A model generated the notes under the pieces. It saw only the letters and a list, made by a program, of their open reading frames with translations, was not told the DNA's origin and made no database searches. Source: a bacterium (lineage in GTDB: Bacteria; CALINM01). Taken from it: DNA of 13,872 bases. The DNA lies in the NCBI GenBank assembly GCA_041640455.1, contig JBEQAF010000048.1, positions 1,933 to 15,804 of the forward strand. Direction: 5' to 3'. The first letter of the stretch is position 1; every line of letters begins with the position of its first letter. Positions 9,016 to 13,872 of this stretch are shown here, piece after piece. A program made the position numbers and the translations under genes.

Positions 9016-9088
9016 TCTCTTATATTGTCATTGATAGCTGGAAAAATTAATCTTTCAGGAGGGTTTTTCTATGAAGGCTATCAGCAAT
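8978..9088 (+). promoter_or_regulatory. Pair of mutually exclusive RNA hairpins (anti-sequestrator / SD-sequestrator) in front of yedE
   Basis: CTATCATTGACAATAT (8978-8993) pairs 15/16 with ATATTGTCATTGATAG (9022-9037). Alternatively, TGATAGC (9032-9038) pairs with GCTATCA (9077-9083) and TGGAAAAATT (9039-9048) with GGTTTTTCTA (9062-9071, three G-U pairs), enclosing SD AGGAGG (9057-9062) and ATG 9071. Confidence 0.65.
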
Positions 9089-10171
9089 CTATTATCTTCA
9101 AGAATGGGACCAGTAATAGCTGGCATTTTCATAGGTTCACTGGCGGTAATACTTGTAATTCTGGGGAACCCCGGCAATATGGGAATCTGTGCCGCTTGTT
9201 TTGTAAGAGATACATCAGGAGCACTGGGGTTACACCGTGCTGCAGCTGTTCAGTATATCAGACCAGAGATTATAGGTTTTTTACTGGGCTCATTTGTAGC
9301 AGCTTTAACATTTAAGGAGTTCAAACCAAGAGCAGGCTCAAGTCCGGTAATAAGATTTTTTCTCGGTTTTTTTGCCATGATCGGTGCACTTGTGTTCTTA
9401 GGCTGCCCATGGCGAGCTATATTAAGACTCTCAGCTGGGGATTTAAACGCCATTGTGGGTATAATCGGGCTTGTAGCCGGTATATATGTGGGGATTCTTT
9501 TCCTTAAAAATGGATTTTCTCTGGGCAGAAATCAGTCAGCAAATAAGTTCTCCGGGCTTATAATGCCTGCTGTTATGACTGTGCTTCTGATTCTGCTTGT
9601 GCTTTCACCAAAATTTGGTAGAGATGCCACACAACAACCCATTGGACCAATTTTTATTTCTACCACTGGTCCAGGAAGTATGTACGCACCCCTTATCTTT
9701 TCACTTTTAGTAGGGCTTATAGTAGGGTTCCTTGCTCAGAGAACCAGATTTTGCACCGTAGGCGCATTCAGGGATGTACTATTAATTAAGGATTTTCATC
9801 TTTTTAACGGTTTACTTGCATTTTTCGTCTCGGCTCTGATCTTTAATTTTATCTTTGGAAAGATTAACATAGGCTTTGCCAATCAGCCCATAGCCCATTC
9901 GGATGGTATATGGAATTTTCTGGGGATGTCACTATCTGGTCTTGCATACACCCTGGCAGGCGGATGTCCTGGAAGGCAGATATTTTTATCAGGAGAGGGA
10001 GACGGAGATGCGTCTATATTTGTTCTGGGCATGTTTATTGGAGCAGCATTTTCGCATAATTTCAATCTTGCAAGCTCTCCCGCTGGGGCATCCATATATG
10101 GTCCTTATGCGGTTATCGCCGGGCTTGCTTTCTGCCTGATCATAGGTATTTTTATGAAAGACAAAAGATAG
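9071..10171 (+). CDS. yedE: YedE family putative selenium transporter (YeeE/YedE family, selenium-associated clade)
   Basis: Polytopic membrane protein with the signature GNPGNMGICAACFVRDTSGALGLHRAAAVQYIRPEIIG plus FLGCPWR, QRTRFC and LAGGCPGRQ motifs. SD AGGAGG. Confidence 0.92.
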   Translation: MKAISNLLSSRMGPVIAGIFIGSLAVILVILGNPGNMGICAACFVRDTSGALGLHRAAAVQYIRPEIIGFLLGSFVAALTFKEFKPRAGSSPVIRFFLGFFAMIGALVFLGCPWRAILRLSAGDLNAIVGIIGLVAGIYVGILFLKNGFSLGRNQSANKFSGLIMPAVMTVLLILLVLSPKFGRDATQQPIGPIFISTTGPGSMYAPLIFSLLVGLIVGFLAQRTRFCTVGAFRDVLLIKDFHLFNGLLAFFVSALIFNFIFGKINIGFANQPIAHSDGIWNFLGMSLSGLAYTLAGGCPGRQIFLSGEGDGDASIFVLGMFIGAAFSHNFNLASSPAGASIYGPYAVIAGLAFCLIIGIFMKDKR

Positions 10172-10180
10172 GAGGTAAAT

Positions 10181-10399
10181 ATGTCTGAAACAAAAAGAAT
10201 AGATGTGAGAGGGCTTTCCTGTCCCCAACCGGTTCTCTGCGTTCAGAAGGAGCTTCAAAACAGTGAGATAAAAACATTAGAAGTGCTGGTGGATACAGGC
10301 ACATCCAGAGAAAATATAAGAAGATTTGCCACAAATATGGGTTGCAGAGTGCAAATAGAGGAGGAGGGAGACCAGACAGTTATTAAAATTGAGAGATAA
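10181..10399 (+). CDS. TusA/SirA/YedF-family sulfur/selenium carrier protein
   Basis: 72 aa with IDVRGLSCPQPV (CPxP motif) and LEVLVD..SRENIRRFA. SD AGGAGGT overlaps the yedE stop. Confidence 0.92.
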   Translation: MSETKRIDVRGLSCPQPVLCVQKELQNSEIKTLEVLVDTGTSRENIRRFATNMGCRVQIEEEGDQTVIKIER

Positions 10400-10405
10400 A
10401 ATTTA

Positions 10406-10432
10406 GGGGCACTTTTTTAGTGCCCCATTTTT
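10406..10432. terminator. Intrinsic terminator, probably bidirectional, between the convergent TusA-family and TerC-family genes
   Basis: GGGGCACT-TTTTT-AGTGCCCC perfect 8-bp stem followed by ATTTTT, with A/T-rich sequence on the other flank. Confidence 0.8.
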
Positions 10433-11165
10433 AAATATATTTCTTTTTCAGGTGAACTGGCTCGGCTGTCCTGCCTCTTATTTTTAGATTTATCATCTCA
10501 ACAAACACAGAAAATCCCATAGCAAAATATATATAACCTCTTGGAATATGAAGGTCTAGACCATCTCCCACAAGTGCTACACCCACCAGAAGAAGAAAAC
10601 TTAAGGCAAGTATCTTTACAGTCGGGTGAGTCTCTACAAAATGGCTTATAAATCCGCTAAAAGCCATCATAAATAATATAGCGATCACCACAGCCGTAAT
10701 CATTATCCACAGTTTATTTGACATTCCTATGGCAGTAATTACCGAATCCAGTGAAAAAACAATATCAATCATCCCAATCTGCAGTACAATCATGGCAAAA
10801 GATGAAAACACACTTTCCCTTCTCTCTTTCTCCTGCCCCTCCAGTTTATTGTGAATTTCCAAAGTACTTTTTGCCAGTAAGAAAAGACCTCCAAGAATAA
10901 GAATAAGATCTCTACCTGATATGTCTCTGTTAAATAAGAAAAAAAGTGGCTTTGTCAATTTCATAAGAAGGGTTATGGAAAACAAAAGCAGGACTCTTGT
11001 CAAAAGCGCAAGACCAAGCCCCATAATTCTACCCTTTTTCTGCTGAACGTCCGGTAGTCTGCCCACCAGTATGGAGATAAAAATAATATTATCAATACCT
11101 AACACAATCTCAAGAACTGTTAAAGTTATAAGACCAATCAGGTCATGAATGCTTATAAAATCCAT
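10431..11165 (-). CDS. TerC family integral membrane protein
   Basis: LEIVLGIDNIIFI, GRDLILILGGLFLLAKST.EIH, DIVFSLDSVITAIG and GYIYFAMGFSVFVE motifs. SD AGGGGA. Confidence 0.93.
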   Translation of the reverse strand: MDFISIHDLIGLITLTVLEIVLGIDNIIFISILVGRLPDVQQKKGRIMGLGLALLTRVLLLFSITLLMKLTKPLFFLFNRDISGRDLILILGGLFLLAKSTLEIHNKLEGQEKERRESVFSSFAMIVLQIGMIDIVFSLDSVITAIGMSNKLWIMITAVVIAILFMMAFSGFISHFVETHPTVKILALSFLLLVGVALVGDGLDLHIPRGYIYFAMGFSVFVEMINLKIRGRTAEPVHLKKKYI

Positions 11166-11246
11166 CTCAATCCCCTAAAAAGTTTAAATTATTTTAACTA
11201 AACTGCAAAAAAATCACAATCCCGTCATTTGGCATTTTCAGTCATT

Positions 11247-11340
11247 TATCAATACTTTAAAACAATCGAACAATTAATGTCTTAAATATCAATGGATTAC
11301 AAAAAAAACAAGAAAATGTATTTACTGGCATATTTTTTGT
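11247..11340 (+). promoter_or_regulatory. Two IHF-consensus sites and a sigma54-like -24/-12 element upstream of the pilus operon
   Basis: WATCAANNNNTTR matches at 11247-11259 (TATCAATACTTTA) and 11287-11299 (TATCAATGGATTA). TGGCATATTTTTTGT at 11326-11340 is GG-N10-GT, one mismatch from GG-N10-GC. Confidence 0.4.
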
Positions 11341-11351
11341 ATGTAAAAAAA

Positions 11352-11380
11352 TTGACAATAACGGATTTTTTTAGTATGAT
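11352..11380 (+). promoter_or_regulatory. Near-consensus sigma70 promoter for the pilus operon
   Basis: TTGACA (11352-11357) - 17 nt - TATGAT (11375-11380). Strong SD AAGGAGGT before ATG 11420. Confidence 0.7.
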
Positions 11381-11419
11381 ATAAACAAGGGCAAAAAACT
11401 AAAATAAAAGGAGGTAAAG

Positions 11420-11869
11420 ATGAAAAGATTAGCCCTGTTCGCAATTGTAGTTGGGTTATTTTTAACCCCCGCATTGACAAATGCCGCTGACACACAGACT
11501 GTTACAGTTTCCGCCACTGTAGTTGGTACCTGTCAGTTTAATTCAGGTGGTTCTATTTCTTTTACACTGGATCCATCAGTGGGCGGTAATGTAAACGGTA
11601 CAGTAACACAGCCACAGTTTTGGTGTACCAAGAATGCCAGCTACACAATTTCCGATGATGATGGTTTAAATGAGTCAGGAACAACTCACAGACTGAGCAA
11701 TGGTACAGATTTTATTCCCTATTCCTTTTCTTACACAGCAACCGGTACTGGTAACGGAAAGACATCACCTATAACTATGGACATCACATCGACCATACTG
11801 GAAGCCGATTATATTAATGCTCCAGCTGGCGTTTACAACGACACAGTTACATTAACAATCAATCCGTAA
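11420..11869 (+). CDS. Spore coat protein U-domain / Csu-type fimbrial subunit (probable major pilin)
   Basis: Signal peptide ending TNA-A, donor-strand-like TVTVSATVVGTC, a Cys pair (TCQF...FWCTK) and C-terminal APAGVYNDTVTLTINP. Chaperone gene downstream. Confidence 0.85.
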   Translation: MKRLALFAIVVGLFLTPALTNAADTQTVTVSATVVGTCQFNSGGSISFTLDPSVGGNVNGTVTQPQFWCTKNASYTISDDDGLNESGTTHRLSNGTDFIPYSFSYTATGTGNGKTSPITMDITSTILEADYINAPAGVYNDTVTLTINP

Positions 11870-11889
11870 TTAGCTTTAACTATTTTTAG

Positions 11890-11915
11890 AAGGGGAGTTT
11901 AGCTCCCCTTTTTTT
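11890..11915 (+). terminator. Intrinsic terminator / mRNA-stabilising hairpin after the major pilin
   Basis: AAGGGGAG-TTTAG-CTCCCCTT followed by a U-tract. Confidence 0.8.
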
Positions 11916-11928
11916 ATCTCTTTTTTTT

Positions 11929-12402
11929 ATGAAGACAATTTTATTCCTGATTACTCTATGCGCTTATTTTGTATTTACGGCAAATGTAGGTTATTCCTCC
12001 ACAGTTTCTGTTCAGGCTACAGTTTTATCAAAAAGTAACTGCCGATTTTCAACAGCAACTGCCACATTAGCTTTAGGTAATATTGACATCACTTCAAATA
12101 ATGATGTTACAGCAGAAACAAACATTACAATAAGATGCGGTGGTGCCGCTCCGCTTGCCACTTATATAATAACTCATGATGATGGTCTGTATGAATCAGG
12201 TCCCAATCAAAACAGGATGAGACATAGCACCATTATTACAGAGTTTCTGCCCTACAGCTTTACAATCAATCCTGCTACAGCCACAGTACCAAGAAATACA
12301 AACAGAACCGTTACCTTAAGTGCAACCGTCAAGGCAACAGATTTTGCCGATGCCATTGCTGGTTTATACAACGATACGGTTACTCTTTCAATTAATCCTT
12401 AA
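11929..12402 (+). CDS. Second spore coat U-domain / Csu-type fimbrial subunit (minor pilin)
   Basis: Signal peptide, VSVQATVLSKSNC, LALGNID, IRCGG, DDGLYESG, FLPYSF and AGLYNDTVTLSINP. Clear paralog of the upstream gene. Confidence 0.85.
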   Translation: MKTILFLITLCAYFVFTANVGYSSTVSVQATVLSKSNCRFSTATATLALGNIDITSNNDVTAETNITIRCGGAAPLATYIITHDDGLYESGPNQNRMRHSTIITEFLPYSFTINPATATVPRNTNRTVTLSATVKATDFADAIAGLYNDTVTLSINP

Positions 12403-12434
12403 TCTTTAGCACATTTTTTGCTATATTATTAAAC

Positions 12435-13520
12435 ATGACTCGAGAAGAGCTTTTAATTAAATACAACGGCAGTTTCATAGGTGAGATCCTTTTAGCCGCT
12501 TCATTCATAGACAAAGATAGACTGAACCAGGCTCTGGAGAAGCAAAAAACCGTAAATAAAAAACTGGGAGAACTGCTTGTTGAAGAAAAGATAATTGACT
12601 CCACAGAGCTTAATCTTGCGCTGGATATTCAAAAGGATCTGAGAAATATCAGATCTGCCATTAGACTCGCATACGGAATAAGGAAAAGGCTGGGTGAAAT
12701 TCTGCTTGAAGCAAGAAAGATAACCCCGGCACAGCTTGAGAAAGCTTTAAAGATTCAGGAACAGACCGGGGAAAAGCTGGGAGAGATACTTGTTAAACTG
12801 GGCTATCTTACCCATTCTGAGCTAACGCTGGCTCTCCTTTTCCAGGAAAACAGTGAGAAGCCTATCACCAATAGTCTTAAGCTCGGTCAGATTTTATATA
12901 AATCAAAAATAATTACAAAAAAACAGCTCAATGAAGCTCTAAAAATTCAGAAAGAAAATCCCCATAAAAAGATTGGTGAGATCCTGCTTGAGCTTGGTTA
13001 TATTAATCAATCCCATCTTGAAAAGGGGCTTAACTTACAGAAAAAACTAGCTCAGGCAGCTCTTGTAGGGCTATTCTCTTTAGTCCAGCTTTTTAATTTC
13101 AGTATCCTTTATGGAGCAGAAAAAGGTCTGGCTCAGGCGTCAGCAAAGGTATTTGTAACTGCCCATGTTAAGGGATATGTAAAAGTAGATAAAATCCAGA
13201 AGATTTCCAGTATACAGATTAGCCATGATGATATCAGAAGGGGTTACATATTAATCCCTCAGGCTGTAAATCTGAGCATAAAATCAAATTATCCTTCAGT
13301 GTTTATAAATGTTGAAAAGGTTAGCAACGGATTTTCTGAAAGTAGTAAGGTTATATTTGAAAATTCGGAAATTGAGCTGGGCAGCATGGGCGGGCTTATC
13401 TGCCTCAAAATGCCTGGCAGAACCATAAATACCCATCTGGGATTTAAAATTGAGCTGAGCAGGGATGCCCATCCTGGTGTTTACGAGCTCCCATTCTCAA
13501 TATCAGTGGAAGGCATATGA
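12435..13520 (+). CDS. Triple MshEN-domain protein with an internal hydrophobic segment and a C-terminal pilin-like beta domain
   Basis: Six 24-aa (R/K/F)(L/I)GxxL...LxxxLxxQ motifs at aa 14-37, 43-66, 85-108, 114-137, 149-172 and 179-202. Hydrophobic segment at aa 205-228. Then ASAKVFVTAHV...PGVYELPFSISVEGI. Confidence 0.75.
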   Translation: MTREELLIKYNGSFIGEILLAASFIDKDRLNQALEKQKTVNKKLGELLVEEKIIDSTELNLALDIQKDLRNIRSAIRLAYGIRKRLGEILLEARKITPAQLEKALKIQEQTGEKLGEILVKLGYLTHSELTLALLFQENSEKPITNSLKLGQILYKSKIITKKQLNEALKIQKENPHKKIGEILLELGYINQSHLEKGLNLQKKLAQAALVGLFSLVQLFNFSILYGAEKGLAQASAKVFVTAHVKGYVKVDKIQKISSIQISHDDIRRGYILIPQAVNLSIKSNYPSVFINVEKVSNGFSESSKVIFENSEIELGSMGGLICLKMPGRTINTHLGFKIELSRDAHPGVYELPFSISVEGI

Positions 13521-13872
13521 AAAGGCTTTTTATATGTGGCTTTCTATTTCTTTATATTAATTTTTCTTATGCAGGCGAGTGGGGCGTGTCCCCCATCAGG
13601 ATTGAGCTGTTAAAATCAAACCCCACATCCTCTGTTACAGTCACCAATGACGGGAAAACGGCTTTAAACTTCATCATTAAGGAGATGGAGTGGCAGCAGG
13701 ATGAGCAGGGGAATGATAAATATAAAGAGTCGCAGGATCTGGTTTTCTTCCCTAAATCCTTTAAACTGGAAGGTCAGTCATCAAGGGTAATAAGGATAGG
13801 ATTCAAAAATCCTCCTTCAGGTAGAGAAAAGGCATACAGGCTTTTTATAGAGGAGTTACCCCCAGAAAAGCT
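13517..13872 (+). CDS. Fimbrial periplasmic chaperone (PapD/CsuC-like), 3'-truncated by the window edge; absent from the ORF track
   Basis: ATGA overlap with the previous stop. Translates as MKRLFICGFLFLYINFSYA-GEWGVSPIRIEL...VTVTNDG...WQQDEQGND...DLVFFPKSFKL..QSSRVIRIG...EKAYRLFIEELP, open to the window end. Confidence 0.88.
   Translation, partial: MKRLFICGFLFLYINFSYAGEWGVSPIRIELLKSNPTSSVTVTNDGKTALNFIIKEMEWQQDEQGNDKYKESQDLVFFPKSFKLEGQSSRVIRIGFKNPPSGREKAYRLFIEELPPEK

Noticed and set aside
8978..9037. 16-bp inverted repeat read as a DNA operator, terminator, MITE end or promoter (contains TTGACA at 8984)
   Set aside because: The 28-nt spacer is long for a dimeric regulator, there is no U-tract, I see no target duplication and no -10 at suitable spacing. 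Overlap with the SD-sequestering stem favours an RNA switch, although an operator role is not fully excluded.
9025..9315. 96-aa ORF overlapping yedE out of frame
   Set aside because: TTG start inside a hairpin arm, no SD, no recognisable motif, and it overlaps a conserved gene.
9250..12604. Shadow ORFs 9250-9453, 9883-10095, 9903-10139, 9989-10258, 10152-10334 and 12392-12604
   Set aside because: They overlap confident genes and lack recognisable features.
12435..13520. Annotation as a GspE/PilB secretion ATPase
   Set aside because: No Walker A/B motifs; only the MshEN-type N-terminal repeats are shared.
1..13872. CRISPR array, tRNA (including tRNA-Sec), rRNA or transposase/integrase
   Set aside because: I saw no spaced repeats, cloverleaf or recombinase motifs, and the intergenic spaces are short and otherwise explained. 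This was by eye only.

Overview
AT-rich bacterial chromosomal window with four modules. (1) The end of a + strand polysaccharide export pair: an SLBB-repeat Wza/KpsD-like protein that is open from base 1, and a Wzz-type co-polymerase. (2) A convergent - strand operon: two exported TPR proteins, rmlA, rmlD, rmlB and a priming polyprenyl-phosphate glycosyl-1-phosphate transferase, with no rmlC in the window. (3) A selenium-associated YedE transporter plus a TusA/SirA/YedF-family carrier, converging on a TerC-family gene. (4) The start of a Csu-type (spore coat U) chaperone-usher pilus operon. The top observation is in the unannotated yedE leader (8876-9088). It holds an SD-led uORF with an in-frame UGA at codon 9, followed by a hairpin closely resembling the E. 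coli fdhF SECIS. Downstream are two mutually exclusive hairpins, one of which hides the yedE SD and AUG. This is the layout expected of a selenocysteine-decoding leader-peptide translational attenuator that would switch selenium uptake off when Sec-tRNA is plentiful. The second highlight is a pilus-operon protein fusing three tandem MshEN (c-di-GMP-type) domains, an internal signal-peptide-like segment and a pilin-like domain. All structures were paired by eye; no folding or database search was run.
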